Origin: a bacterium
GTDB taxonomy: Bacteria; UBA10199; 2-02-FULL-50-16; JAJFLM01
DNA length: 64,000 bases
Reading direction: 5' to 3'
Assembly: GCA_965216315.1 (NCBI GenBank)
Contig: CBDCFN010000016.1
Location: 1,120,001-1,184,000, forward strand
The notes below the pieces were generated by a model. That model did not search any database, was not told the DNA's origin, and saw only the letters and a program-made list of their open reading frames with translations. Shown in pieces: positions 45,125-55,705 of the stretch (position 1 is the first letter of the stretch; each line of letters opens with the position of its first letter). The position numbers and the translations under genes are program-made.

Positions 45125-45571
45125 ATGGATATGAATCTGGAATCGATGATTGCGACGCGTTTGGCGGAAATGGGTTTTGAACTCGTTGATTTGCAATGTG
45201 TCGGCTCTCCAAGTGGTAAGCGCGTTCTCATTAGAGCGGATCGGGAAGGAGGGATAACGGTTGGGGATTGCCAGTCGATTTCCCGAGAGTTGGGTCCGCT
45301 ATTGGAAGCTGAGCAGTGGAGTCTGGGTTCTTTTAATCTCGAAGTCAGTTCACCTGGGCTGGATAGGCCCTTGAAAAAGCTCGAAGACGTTAAACGTTTC
45401 GTTGGTAAAAAAGCGGCAATCAAAACAAAGACGGCACAGGATGGCAGACGACACTACAAGGGGTGCTTGAGCCGAGTTCGGGGGAATACGGTTGTCATGC
45501 AGATTGACGAAAGAGAATTTGAGATTGATTGGGATGATGTGTTGAAGGCGCATTTGGTTTTTGAAGGCTAA
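45125..45571 (+). CDS. rimP: Ribosome maturation factor RimP
   Basis: GITVGDC..ISR, LEVSSPGLDRPL; start 45125 or 45131. Confidence 0.93.
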   Translation: MDMNLESMIATRLAEMGFELVDLQCVGSPSGKRVLIRADREGGITVGDCQSISRELGPLLEAEQWSLGSFNLEVSSPGLDRPLKKLEDVKRFVGKKAAIKTKTAQDGRRHYKGCLSRVRGNTVVMQIDEREFEIDWDDVLKAHLVFEG

Positions 45572-45594
45572 TTAGGATTGTAAGGAGCAATAAG

Positions 45595-47076
45595 ATGTTG
45601 GCAGATTTAGGACGTGTTATTGACCAAGTCAGTAAGGACAAGGGAATCCCTAAAGAGATAATAGTTGATGCGCTGGAAGCCGCGATGCTGACGGCTGCAC
45701 GCAAGAAATTCGGCCAAGAACGAGAGATTGAGGCGCATTATAATCCTGAATTGTCTGAAGTAGAGCTTTTTCAGTTTCGAACGGTTGTGGAGGAGCTTGA
45801 AAATGAATTTACAGAGGTCGGAGTTGATGAAGCAAAGCATTTAGATCCCGATGCCGAGCTCGGAGATAGTATTGGTGAAAAGCTGGATTCGTCATTGTTT
45901 GGCCGGATTGCAGCGCAAACAGCCAAGCAAGTTATTATTCAAAAAGTCCGCGATGCCGAGCAGGAAATTATCTACAACGAATACAAAGACCGCATCGGAG
46001 AGCTTATTACCGGAGTTGTCCGGAGGGTTGAAAAAGGAAATATCATTATTGACCTGGGACGGACTGAAGCGATTGCGCCCTATCGTGAGCAAGTGCCTTC
46101 AGAATCATATCGACCGGGAGAGCGTCTCCAAGGTTATTGTGTTCGAGTTGATCCGGTTGGTCGTGGTCCACAAATTGTTGTTTCACGGCGGCATACAGGG
46201 CTCTTGACCAAACTCTTTGAAATGGAAGTTCCGGAGATTGCAGAACGTATTGTCGAGATTAAGGCGGCGGCCCGTGAACCGGGAGGGCGTTCTAAGATTG
46301 CCGTTTATTCGCGTGACGCGGATGTAGACCCCGTAGGGGCTTGTGTTGGTATGAAGGGGTCACGTGTTCAGAGTGTTGTTCAAGAACTCAGGGGTGAAAA
46401 GATTGATATTGTGAGCTGGAATCCGGATACGGCGCAGTTTGTATGTAATGCGATCGCTCCGGCGGAAGTATCAAAAGTCATTATCAACGAAAAGACTCAT
46501 ACGATGGAGGTCGTTGTTCCCGATGATCAACTTTCATTGGCAATAGGAAAGCGAGGGCAGAATGTCCGTTTAGCGTCGGAATTGACGGGATGGAATATTG
46601 ACATTTGTAGCGAACAAAAGCTCGAGGAAATGGCCAAGCGTGCCAAGCGCGTTCTTGTTTTAGCTTTGGGTGTTGAAGATTCTATGGCAACAATTCTGTA
46701 CAGCCAGGCATTTCGCTCCGCTGCCGAGATTGCCGAGGCACCGTTAGAACAGCTCGCTAAAATACCCGGCATAAGCGAAGAACGTATTCAGCAGATTGCG
46801 ACAAAGGCCAAGGAATATATCGAGAAGAAGAGTCAAGCTGAAGCAGAAGGGCGTGATTTAGACGCCGAGCTGCTGGAGCAGGATAAGGCAAGTATGGAAG
46901 CGCAAGCCCAAGAAGAAGCACAGGAGCAGGAACCGGAAGAGGCGCAGGAAGAGGAACAGAAAGGTGACGCAACAGAAGAAGTAACGGCGGAAGAAGTTTC
47001 TGAGGTAAGTCAAGAACCTGACGAAGCGCCTGCTGAGGAGCAAGAATTATCTAATGAGGATGAGTTACAAGAGTAA
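45595..47076 (+). CDS. nusA: Transcription termination factor NusA with acidic C-terminal tail
   Basis: FGRIAAQTAKQVIIQK, AREPGGRSKIAV, LSLAIGKRGQNVRLA. Confidence 0.97.
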   Translation: MLADLGRVIDQVSKDKGIPKEIIVDALEAAMLTAARKKFGQEREIEAHYNPELSEVELFQFRTVVEELENEFTEVGVDEAKHLDPDAELGDSIGEKLDSSLFGRIAAQTAKQVIIQKVRDAEQEIIYNEYKDRIGELITGVVRRVEKGNIIIDLGRTEAIAPYREQVPSESYRPGERLQGYCVRVDPVGRGPQIVVSRRHTGLLTKLFEMEVPEIAERIVEIKAAAREPGGRSKIAVYSRDADVDPVGACVGMKGSRVQSVVQELRGEKIDIVSWNPDTAQFVCNAIAPAEVSKVIINEKTHTMEVVVPDDQLSLAIGKRGQNVRLASELTGWNIDICSEQKLEEMAKRAKRVLVLALGVEDSMATILYSQAFRSAAEIAEAPLEQLAKIPGISEERIQQIATKAKEYIEKKSQAEAEGRDLDAELLEQDKASMEAQAQEEAQEQEPEEAQEEEQKGDATEEVTAEEVSEVSQEPDEAPAEEQELSNEDELQE

Positions 47077-49421
47077 TGAGTGAACCGGAAAAGACACAAA
47101 GATCCGAGATCGTCGAAAAACGCGTCACCGGAACGGTTATTAGGCGGCGAGCGAAGAAGGTAGTAGAGAAGCCACCTGAAAAAGAGAGCGCGCCGGCTGT
47201 TGCCGAAGACGCGGTGAAGTCAGTAGCTCCTGAGCCGACTGTCGAAACACCCACCAAGAAAACAGCAAAAACTAAGCCGGCGCCGGAGCCTCAGGTGGTT
47301 GCTAAAGAAGCTGCAGAGGTAGAGGAGTCGAAGGTTGAGTCAAAAGAAGAAAAGACTTCCGTGCTAGCTGAAAAGCTTGAACCGCCAGAAGAAAAGGCTG
47401 CTGAAAAAGCAAAAGCGAAGCGTGGGCCTAAGGTCAAGCGTACTAAAGATGATCTCTTAATGGATGAATATGAGCGTGCCGGGGGCCTTAAGCAGGTGGC
47501 TGTTGAGGCGACCATTGAAGACGCGACCGATGACGTAGAAGTGGCAGTTGTCCCTGAGCCGATGGAACGTCTATTTAAGCCGGAGCGGCAACAGAGACGC
47601 GGTAAGCGGGTGACCGGGCGCAAGGATTTTAAGAAAACCGTTGTTACGACCCCGAGCGCCAAGAAGCGTAAGATCCGAGTGAATGAAAACATTACCGTCG
47701 CGGACTTTGCCAACGCCATGTCAATTAAGGGTACGGACGTGATGAAAAAGTTGATCGGCATGGGCACTATGGTGACGCTTAATGACCGCATCGACGTCGA
47801 TACGGCTGAGATCATCGCAGGTGAATACGGTTTTGAAATTGAGAACGTGTCCTTCAAAGAGGAAGAATTTATTCCCTCAAAGAAACAGGAAGATGTTTCC
47901 GCCGAAGCTTTAGAGCCGCGCGCGCCCGTTGTGACCGTGATGGGTCATGTCGACCATGGAAAGACGAGCCTGCTGGATTATATTCGCAAAGAAAAGGTGG
48001 CGGCCGGTGAGGCAGGCGGTATTACGCAGCATATTGGGGCGTATCAAGTTCAGATTCCCAGGGGGACGATTACCTTTGTCGATACGCCGGGCCATGAGGC
48101 CTTTACTTCGATGCGTGCCCGAGGTGCCCAAGTGACCGATATTGTGGTGCTCGTAGTGGCCGCCGATGATGGTGTGAAGCCCCAGACGATTGAGGCCTTG
48201 GATCATGCCAGGGCTGCTGAGGTTCCCATTATTGTGGCCATTAATAAAATGGATGCCGCCGGGGCCAATCCCGATGATGTGAAACGACAATTGGCGGAGC
48301 AGAATTTATTAGCTGAGGACTGGGGGGGTGAGGTCATTATGGTGCCCGTGTCGGCACACACGGGGGAAGGTATTGAAACTCTCTTGGAAATGCTGGTTCT
48401 GCAGGCGGAAATGTTGGAGTTGAAAGCCAATCCCAACAAATTGGCAGAAGGTTTTGTCATTGAGGCGCGCTTAGAAAAGGGCCGTGGCCCGCTATGCAGT
48501 GTCATTGTTAAAGAGGGGACCTTGCGGAAAGGCGATCCTATAGTCGCCGGTATCTATGGGGGGCGTGTGCGGGCCATGCACGATTCAACGGGCAAAGATT
48601 TAAAAGAGGCCGGACCTTCAATGGCAGTTGAGCTGATAGGGCTGTCGGGTGTGCCGGGTGCCGGTGACGATCTTCATGCGCTCGCAAATGATGATGACGT
48701 GAAGCGTGTGGTCGGTTATCGCAAAGAGGGCGAGCGGAGTCATAGGCTTGCCAGTCAAAAGACTACAAGTATTGATGATCTTTTCTTGCAGATCAAAGAA
48801 GGTGAAAGGACTGAGCTTAAAGTCGTGATCAAGGCAGATGTCCAGGGCTCGATTGAGGCACTTAAGGCTTCACTAGAACAGTTGACCACGGAGAAGGTGA
48901 CGTTGAGTGTCATTCACAGCTCGGTGGGAGCTGTTACGGAATCGGATGTGATGTTGGCCGAGGCCAGTCGTGCCATGATTGTCGGTTTTAATGTGAGCCC
49001 TGACAGTAAGGCGCGCAAAATGGCAGAGAGCATGGGTGTAACAATAAAGATTTACCGTGTTATCTATGAGGCCATTGATGAAGTTAAGAAGGCAATGGAA
49101 GGTCTTTTGGCTCCGACTTTTGAGGAAGAATATCTGGGTCGCGCGGAGGTGAGGGATATTTTTAACGTTTCAAAGGCCGGCACCATCGCTGGGTCTTTTG
49201 TTGTCGATGGGAAGATTACCCGGGGATGCAATATCAGGGTCGTCCGGGATGGCGCGATAGTCTACGAGGGTAAAATTAGCAGTCTTAAGCGTTTTAAGGA
49301 AGATGCCAAAGAGGTTGCCCAGGGATATGAATGCGGAATTGGGGTTGAGAATTTTAACGATATAAAGGTAGGCGATGTTCTTGAAAGCTACCAGATGAAA
49401 CAAATTGCCAGCACTCTTTAA
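47076..49421 (+). CDS. infB: Translation initiation factor IF-2
   Basis: [34 protein letters not shown]. Confidence 0.98.
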   Translation: MSEPEKTQRSEIVEKRVTGTVIRRRAKKVVEKPPEKESAPAVAEDAVKSVAPEPTVETPTKKTAKTKPAPEPQVVAKEAAEVEESKVESKEEKTSVLAEKLEPPEEKAAEKAKAKRGPKVKRTKDDLLMDEYERAGGLKQVAVEATIEDATDDVEVAVVPEPMERLFKPERQQRRGKRVTGRKDFKKTVVTTPSAKKRKIRVNENITVADFANAMSIKGTDVMKKLIGMGTMVTLNDRIDVDTAEIIAGEYGFEIENVSFKEEEFIPSKKQEDVSAEALEPRAPVVTVMGHVDHGKTSLLDYIRKEKVAAGEAGGITQHIGAYQVQIPRGTITFVDTPGHEAFTSMRARGAQVTDIVVLVVAADDGVKPQTIEALDHARAAEVPIIVAINKMDAAGANPDDVKRQLAEQNLLAEDWGGEVIMVPVSAHTGEGIETLLEMLVLQAEMLELKANPNKLAEGFVIEARLEKGRGPLCSVIVKEGTLRKGDPIVAGIYGGRVRAMHDSTGKDLKEAGPSMAVELIGLSGVPGAGDDLHALANDDDVKRVVGYRKEGERSHRLASQKTTSIDDLFLQIKEGERTELKVVIKADVQGSIEALKASLEQLTTEKVTLSVIHSSVGAVTESDVMLAEASRAMIVGFNVSPDSKARKMAESMGVTIKIYRVIYEAIDEVKKAMEGLLAPTFEEEYLGRAEVRDIFNVSKAGTIAGSFVVDGKITRGCNIRVVRDGAIVYEGKISSLKRFKEDAKEVAQGYECGIGVENFNDIKVGDVLESYQMKQIASTL

Positions 49422-49462
49422 GTGAAATTTTCATTTCGCTCTTATCATTTGCACTAAAATAT

Positions 49463-49822
49463 ATGTTGAAAGACGGTTCCAAGCATAGGGTTGAACAGGT
49501 TTCTGATTTGCTTAGGTGTGAATTGTCCAGCATTATGCTGCTTGAAGTTCGTGATCCGCGACTGCAAGGGGTAACTGTGACCCAAGTCAGACTGTCTCCG
49601 GACTTAAAGGAAGCTCGCGTCTATTATGATTGGATGGGGTCAGCTGAATCACGCGCTGATGTTGAAAGAGCCTTGAGGAAGAGTGCCGCGTATATCAGAC
49701 GTTCATTGGCGAAAAAGATAGAGATGAAGCAGGTGCCGCACTTGCAATTTCATTTTGATGAAACGCGCGAATTTTATGATAAGGCGACACGCCTTTTAGG
49801 CGAGACTGAGTCGCAAAAATGA
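49463..49822 (+). CDS. rbfA: Ribosome-binding factor A
   Basis: VRDPRL..VTVT.V.LSPDL..A.VY, VPHLQFHFD; follows infB. Confidence 0.93.
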   Translation: MLKDGSKHRVEQVSDLLRCELSSIMLLEVRDPRLQGVTVTQVRLSPDLKEARVYYDWMGSAESRADVERALRKSAAYIRRSLAKKIEMKQVPHLQFHFDETREFYDKATRLLGETESQK

Positions 49823-50520
49823 GCTTAAACGGCTTGATTGTCATCGATAAGCCCGCTGATTGGACGTCTCATGATGTCGTGCGCAAGGTGAAACGTCTGC
49901 TTAAGGCGCGAAAGGTCGGACATACGGGGACGTTGGATCCCGCCGCGACTGGGGTACTCGTCCTTTGTCTCAATGAAGCCACCCGACAGGCAGCGAGCAT
50001 TACCGATCATCGGAAGATTTACGAAGCCTCGATTTCTTTAGGAACTGCGACGGATACGGGAGATAAGGATGGGATAGTGACGGAAACGGCCGCTGTGCCG
50101 GTCCTGTCTGAAGCTCAGCTTAGGGAGGTGCTGAAACGCTTTGAGGGCGAAATCGAACAAGTGGTTCCTTTATACAGCGCCGTGAAAGTCCAAGGCAAAA
50201 GGCTTTATCAGTGGGCGCGACAGGGGAAAGGCGATGAGGTCGTTCGCCCGCGCCGTCGGGTAACGATTGAGTCGGTTGAGTTGAGATCCTGGACGCAGCA
50301 AAGCCTGGAAATTCAGGTGACGTGCTCAAAAGGGACGTTTATTCGTGCTTTGGCCGAGGATATCGGCCGGGCGATCGGGGTGCCGGCTCACCTGGGGGCC
50401 TTAAGGCGGGTCCAACAGGGGCCCTTTAGCCTGGATCAAGCGATTACGCTCGAGCAATTGGAGAGGGCGACGGCAGACCCGCAATCCGCAACGGAGGCTT
50501 GGCTGCTGCCATGTCCTTAG
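49819..50520 (+). CDS. truB: tRNA pseudouridine(55) synthase TruB, short form without C-terminal PUA domain
   Basis: DKP..WTSHDVV, GHTGTLDP, YSAVKV.G, CSKGTFIR. Confidence 0.93.
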   Translation: MSLNGLIVIDKPADWTSHDVVRKVKRLLKARKVGHTGTLDPAATGVLVLCLNEATRQAASITDHRKIYEASISLGTATDTGDKDGIVTETAAVPVLSEAQLREVLKRFEGEIEQVVPLYSAVKVQGKRLYQWARQGKGDEVVRPRRRVTIESVELRSWTQQSLEIQVTCSKGTFIRALAEDIGRAIGVPAHLGALRRVQQGPFSLDQAITLEQLERATADPQSATEAWLLPCP

Positions 50521-50534
50521 AAGGCGCTTACGTC

Positions 50535-50563
50535 TTGCCAGGGGGAGGTGAATCGCCTAAACT
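50535..50563 (+). promoter_or_regulatory. Putative sigma70 promoter of rpsO-pnp
   Basis: TTGCCA-N17-TAAACT. Confidence 0.5.
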
Positions 50564-50651
50564 AGGCGACAGTGGGGGCGCATCCGGCCTTTACAAGAGA
50601 TGGGCCCTATGTTAGGCATCGGGCGCATACGAAGTTTAATCTGGAGGATTA

Positions 50652-50918
50652 ATGGCTGAAGAGCAGTCTAAAAGTGTGATTATTGGCAAGCACCAGGTAC
50701 ACCAAACGGATACGGGGTCTCCTGAGGTGCAGATAGCGCTTATGAGCGAGCGCATTGCGCACCTTAACAATCACTTTAAATCACATGCAAAGGACCATCA
50801 AACTCGTCGAGGTCTCTTGAAGCTCGTCGGACAGCGGCGCCGGCTCTTAGCCTATCTCAAGAAGAAGAATATAGAACGTTACAGAAAGATTACGCAGGAG
50901 CTTGGCCTCAGAAAGTAA
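50652..50918 (+). CDS. rpsO: 30S ribosomal protein S15
   Basis: [31 protein letters not shown]. Confidence 0.98.
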   Translation: MAEEQSKSVIIGKHQVHQTDTGSPEVQIALMSERIAHLNNHFKSHAKDHQTRRGLLKLVGQRRRLLAYLKKKNIERYRKITQELGLRK

Positions 50919-50950
50919 TTCCTGTTCTGAGTTGGCCCGGTCTGCGAGAC

Positions 50951-51014
50951 GGCTGATAATTTAATAGCATGGAGGGAAGAGACGAGGTCCCGCGATGATA
51001 TTAAGTTATCAGTT
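50951..51014 (+). promoter_or_regulatory. Long RNA stem in the pnp leader (candidate RNase III site)
   Basis: GGCTGATAATTTAATA (50951-50966) pairs with TATTAAGTTATCAGTT (50999-51014): 16 bp including 3 G-U. Confidence 0.6.
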
Positions 51015-51099
51015 GCCCGCCGCAAAACCGAATCATCTCATCACAACAAAGCCACTCCATATCTTAGCGTAGTCGCGTCTGATATTGGAGGAAAAGAAT

Positions 51100-53223
51100 A
51101 TGTCAGTAGAAAAATTTAGCATCGATTTTGGTGGCCGCCCCATTATTTTTGAAACGGGGAAATTGGCCAAACAAGCGAGCGCGGCTGTGACCGTGCAGTA
51201 TGGTGACACGGTCGTTTTAGTCACAGCTGGGGTCGCCAAAGAAGCCAAGGAAGGAGCCGATTTCCTGCCCTTAACGGTGATTTATCAAGAAAAGACCTAT
51301 GCAGCCGGTAAGATTCCTGGTGGATTTTTTAAGCGGGAAGGGCGTCCCGCTGAATATGAAACGCTGACCAGCCGATTTATTGATCGACCGATCCGACCGC
51401 TGTTTCCGGATAATTTTTATAACGAAATGCAGGTCATTGCGACAGTGCTCTCGACTGACCAGGAGAACGAAGCGGACATCCTGGCAATGGCCGGGGCCTC
51501 CGCGACCTTATTGATGTCGGAAGCGCCTTTTGCCGGTCCCATTGCGGGAGCACGTGTTGGGCGAGTCGACGGCAAATTGATCTGTAATCCGACTCCTGAG
51601 CAAATGGATGAGAGTGATATTGATCTCATGGTTGCCAGTAGTGAGGAGGCGATCGTGATGGTTGAAGGGGGCTCGCTGGAAGTCAGTGAAGCGGACATGA
51701 TAGATGCTATCATGTTTGGACATGAGGCCGTTCAACCCGTCTTAAAACTTCAGAAAGAAATTGCTGCTAAGGTCGGAAAACAGAAGTTTGAAGTAGAGGC
51801 AGAGAGCGATAATGAAGAAATGGTTCAAAAGCTCAAGAGCGACTTCGGCGCGAAGATTGATCAAGCGCTGCGTGTTGTCGCTAAACAAGAAAGAAGTGCG
51901 GCCGTGTCAGAGGTCAAGGCGGAAGCCAAGGAGAGCCTCGTGCTGGATCCGGAAGACGTTGAGGCTGCAGAGGCCTTTGGTAAAGCCTTCAAGTCGGTTG
52001 AATCAACTTTGATGCGGGATATGATTCTCAATGAAAAGGTCCGCATTGGCGGCCGTAAATATGATGAAGTCCGTGAGATTGACTGCGAAACATCGGTTTT
52101 GCCGAGGACTCATGGCTCAGCCTTGTTTACTCGCGGAGAAACTCAGGCTTTAGTCATTGCGACGCTTGGTTCGGAGGATGATGCCCAGTATATTGATTCT
52201 GTCTCGGGTGGTGACGGTCGCAAACGCTTTATGCTCCACTACAATTTCCCGCCTTTTTCTGTTGGCGAAGTAAGAAGAATGGGCCCTCCGGGACGACGCG
52301 AAATAGGTCATGGTGCGCTTGCCGAGCGCGCCATACGTCCCATGTTGCCGGATCAAGAACATTGTCCTTACACAATTCGGATTGTGTCTGAAATATTGGA
52401 ATCCAACGGGTCTTCATCGATGGCAAGTGTCTGCGGGGCAAGCCTTTCACTGATGGATGCAGGTATTAAGATTGCTCGACCCGTGGCGGGTATTGCGATG
52501 GGGCTGGTGAGTCGAGATGGTGAGCGGGCGATCCTCTCGGATATTCTCGGTGACGAGGACCATCTCGGCGATATGGATTTCAAGGTAACCGGTACGGAGC
52601 AAGGGATTACCGCGCTTCAAATGGATATTAAAATTTCCGGTATTGATAAAGCGCTTTTGACTGAGGCGTTGGAACAGGCCCGTGTAGGACGGCTGCATAT
52701 CCTGAAGGAAATGGCGAAAGCACTTGAGGGGCCGCGCCAGGAGCTTTCCGAGCATGCTCCCAAGGTGCTGATCATGAATATCAATCCTTCACGCATACGC
52801 GATCTCATCGGCCCAGGTGGCAAAAACATCAAGGGCATTGTTGCTGAAACCGGGGCAAAGATTAGCGTTGAAGACTCAGGAGAAGTATCAATTTATTCTT
52901 CTGATAAGAGTTCCATGGATCTTGCGATTTCGCGCGTTAAAGAGCTTACCGCTGAACCGGAGATGGGCAAGATCTACCAGGGCAAGGTCCAGAAAATTAT
53001 GGAGTATGGTGCCTTTGTTGAAATTATGCCGGGCTTTGACGGGCTTCTTCATATTTCGCAGATTGATTTTAAGAGAATCAATCAAGTAACCGATGTTCTT
53101 AATGAGGGGGACATAACCCCGGTCAAAATCATTAAGATCGAGCCCAACGGAAAAGTTTCGCTTTCTCGTACCGAAGCATTGAAAGAGCTGGAGAATAAGG
53201 GAGAGGCTAAAGCTGACAACTAG
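51100..53223 (+). CDS. pnp: Polyribonucleotide nucleotidyltransferase (PNPase)
   Basis: GKIPGGFFKREG, RREIGHG, ESNGSSSMAS, GDMDFKV, KH and S1 domains. Confidence 0.98.
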   Translation: MSVEKFSIDFGGRPIIFETGKLAKQASAAVTVQYGDTVVLVTAGVAKEAKEGADFLPLTVIYQEKTYAAGKIPGGFFKREGRPAEYETLTSRFIDRPIRPLFPDNFYNEMQVIATVLSTDQENEADILAMAGASATLLMSEAPFAGPIAGARVGRVDGKLICNPTPEQMDESDIDLMVASSEEAIVMVEGGSLEVSEADMIDAIMFGHEAVQPVLKLQKEIAAKVGKQKFEVEAESDNEEMVQKLKSDFGAKIDQALRVVAKQERSAAVSEVKAEAKESLVLDPEDVEAAEAFGKAFKSVESTLMRDMILNEKVRIGGRKYDEVREIDCETSVLPRTHGSALFTRGETQALVIATLGSEDDAQYIDSVSGGDGRKRFMLHYNFPPFSVGEVRRMGPPGRREIGHGALAERAIRPMLPDQEHCPYTIRIVSEILESNGSSSMASVCGASLSLMDAGIKIARPVAGIAMGLVSRDGERAILSDILGDEDHLGDMDFKVTGTEQGITALQMDIKISGIDKALLTEALEQARVGRLHILKEMAKALEGPRQELSEHAPKVLIMNINPSRIRDLIGPGGKNIKGIVAETGAKISVEDSGEVSIYSSDKSSMDLAISRVKELTAEPEMGKIYQGKVQKIMEYGAFVEIMPGFDGLLHISQIDFKRINQVTDVLNEGDITPVKIIKIEPNGKVSLSRTEALKELENKGEAKADN

Positions 53224-53819
53224 CCGGCGTTTTTGATCGTCGCGAGAAAGCGCAGGCATTGCGCTTGTGTTTCTTCAATCGAACCTGAATTGTCGATTAC
53301 ATGGTCAGCACGTCGTTTTTTTTCGTTCAGTGCGAGTTGCGTCGCAATGCGCGCTCGGGCATCTTGCTCGGTGAAGCCTCGGTACTTCATTAAACGCTCA
53401 ATGCATATTGCCTCAGGGGCCCAGACGACGATGACGGTGTCCATCATCGTGTCCATCTTGGTTTCATAGAGGAGCGGTACGTCGATGATGACGCATTCCG
53501 CATTATCTTCTTGATACGCTGCGAGCTTGGCGCTTATTTCTTTCATGACCGCGGGGTGAAGGATGTCGTTGAGGCGTTGTCTCGAACTCTCATCATTGAA
53601 GACGATCGCTGCCAACGCGTCTCGGTCGAGCTGGCCGGTATCCAGAGTTAATTTCGAGCCAAACGCGTCGATAATTTGCTGGTATTGGGGTGTTTCCGGT
53701 GCGACGAGTTCACGCGCAATCTGATCGGAGTCAATGATAGGGATGTTTTTCTCTCGGAAAATATCGGCGACCAATGACTTGCCGGAGCCGAGCCCGCCGG
53801 TAAGCCCGATTTTAATCAC
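53220..53819 (-). CDS. coaE: Dephospho-CoA kinase
   Basis: IGLTGGLGSGKS, LN.ILHP, DVPLLYE. Confidence 0.95.
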   Translation of the reverse strand: MIKIGLTGGLGSGKSLVADIFREKNIPIIDSDQIARELVAPETPQYQQIIDAFGSKLTLDTGQLDRDALAAIVFNDESSRQRLNDILHPAVMKEISAKLAAYQEDNAECVIIDVPLLYETKMDTMMDTVIVVWAPEAICIERLMKYRGFTEQDARARIATQLALNEKKRRADHVIDNSGSIEETQAQCLRFLATIKNAG

Positions 53820-54264
53820 CGGACGACTCCGCGGTCTGTTGCTGTTTAAGCGAACGAATAAATTCTATGAGCGGCAACACAGCTATCGGGCCATATTCCA
53901 AAATTTTCTCTATTTGGGTATCCTCGTCGTCTTCGTTTTGAGCCTCTAAAAGTCGCATGATTAGCTGGGTAATCTCAGAGAATTCGGGGCTGAGTTTGGC
54001 GTGAACGCGACTTATCTGGGGGTTTTCAGCTTCCTGTTTCTGCATGGTCCATGTCATCTGCTTTGTGAAGTCTTCGACATCCCAATTCTCAGTGCCCAAC
54101 TCGTGTGTTTCAATAAGTTTATCCAGGAGGTCTATTTGTTGAGGATCCAGTGCCAGGGCCTTTTCATAGGCCTTAAGAGCAGCGGTATACTTCTTGCGTC
54201 GGCAGAGGCGATCACCCTTGCTTATCAGCTTACGTGCTTTTTTTAGCGGGTCTCGTGTCCACAT
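53812..54264 (-). CDS. TPR-containing hypothetical protein
   Basis: GDRLCRRKKYTAALKAYEKALALDP TPR pattern; start taken at ATG 54264. Confidence 0.65.
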   Translation of the reverse strand: MWTRDPLKKARKLISKGDRLCRRKKYTAALKAYEKALALDPQQIDLLDKLIETHELGTENWDVEDFTKQMTWTMQKQEAENPQISRVHAKLSPEFSEITQLIMRLLEAQNEDDEDTQIEKILEYGPIAVLPLIEFIRSLKQQQTAESSGD

Positions 54265-55705
54265 CCGGTTTATCCTTTTTGCCGAAGCCGAGTGTATCAC
54301 ACACGATGTGCAATAGGGTCTCTTTTTCGTTCTTGCATGGGTCATCAAGAACAACTTCCAGTAAGTTGGCGAGTATTTGGCCGATCTGAGGGCCCTCAGG
54401 AACGCCGACCTGCATCAGTTCGTGCCCCCCGATGGCGAGATCTGAAATTGTAATGGCGGGTTTTTTTGCCAGCTCCTGCTCGATTCGCTTGCGGAGCTTC
54501 TGCACACCCCGAATGCCATCGGGGTATTTTCCTCCGCGGTTGTCGGCAATGCGGAGATCAACGAGTGTCAACACGAGGTTTTCGCCCACGCTTCTGATGA
54601 ATCGACGGATTGCTTTATCCGTGAAAAAAGATTTCGCCTGAAACATATGATTATCGATGAGTGTTGCAATATTATCGGCATTCACTCCAAGGGTTGACAT
54701 CTTCAGTTCTTTGATGCGCTTTCTTGCCAACTTTGTTGACAGGCTTTGATGGCCAAAAAATGTCAGCCTCTGCTTTTTTCGGTCATATCGTTTTGTTGCT
54801 GGTTTGCCGACATCGTGAAAAAGAGCAGCCAACATCAACTCCAATTGTCCCGCATTGGGGATCGCAATGTCTTCACGAGCCGCATCAAGCACGCGCATTG
54901 TGTGGAGGAAAACATCATCATTTTTGAGTTTTTTACCCTGTTCAACCCCGACAGTTTCAGCCAGCTCGGGAAAAATATATTCGAGAAGGCCGGTGTCGCG
55001 CATGATGCAGAACCCGTATGATGGTTTGCTGGCGCGCAGTAATTTTTCAACTTCCATTGAAATCCGCTCAGGGCTTACGGACTGAATTAATGATGCATGC
55101 TCTCTCATCGCCTGCCAGGTCTTTTCTTCAATTTTCAGGTGAAGTCGAGCGGCAAATTGTACGGCGCGCATCAGGCGGAGTGGGTCTTCAATAAAGGAAT
55201 TTTCATGGACTTGCCTAAGAACCTTGTTCTTCATATCTGCTTGGCCGTGGTAAGGATCACATAGTTCGCCGGTGCTGTAATTGAGTGCCATCGCATTAAT
55301 TGTGAAATCTCTTCGTTGCAGATCGTCAGTAACGTTCAGCTCAGGATCAAACTCAACCTCAAAGTCCCGGTGACCTGTTCCCGTAGAGATTTCTTTACGG
55401 GGAAGGGCGATATCGTACTCCGTTTCCGGATCATCATTCGGCCTAAACTTCAGGACGCCAAAGGACTTGCCTACGAGATGGACCTTCCCATGCTGTCGGA
55501 GTACAGTTTGAAGCCTTTTGAATGATAATTTGCGAACGAGTATATCGCGATCTTTGCTTGTTTGGCCTAATAGTCGGTCACGAACCGGACCACCGACTTC
55601 ATAAACTTCAGCACCTTCTGCAAGTATTTCCTGCAGGTAGGAAGGGAGACTTGCTGGATTATAAAGAGACGTTTGTTTTGATTTGGAGTTGCTTGCGGAA
55701 GTCAT
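54230..55705 (-). CDS. cca: CCA-adding tRNA nucleotidyltransferase with HD domain (start uncertain)
   Basis: VGGPVRD, DxD, RRDFTINAMA, EDPLR..R, LFHDVGK. Confidence 0.88.
   Translation of the reverse strand: MTSASNSKSKQTSLYNPASLPSYLQEILAEGAEVYEVGGPVRDRLLGQTSKDRDILVRKLSFKRLQTVLRQHGKVHLVGKSFGVLKFRPNDDPETEYDIALPRKEISTGTGHRDFEVEFDPELNVTDDLQRRDFTINAMALNYSTGELCDPYHGQADMKNKVLRQVHENSFIEDPLRLMRAVQFAARLHLKIEEKTWQAMREHASLIQSVSPERISMEVEKLLRASKPSYGFCIMRDTGLLEYIFPELAETVGVEQGKKLKNDDVFLHTMRVLDAAREDIAIPNAGQLELMLAALFHDVGKPATKRYDRKKQRLTFFGHQSLSTKLARKRIKELKMSTLGVNADNIATLIDNHMFQAKSFFTDKAIRRFIRSVGENLVLTLVDLRIADNRGGKYPDGIRGVQKLRKRIEQELAKKPAITISDLAIGGHELMQVGVPEGPQIGQILANLLEVVLDDPCKNEKETLLHIVCDTLGFGKKDKPDVDTRPAKKST

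Noticed and set aside
46860..47420. Glu/Gln/Lys-rich repetitive sequence in the nusA tail and infB N-terminus
   Set aside because: Ordinary low-complexity linkers for these proteins; no exact tandem DNA repeat
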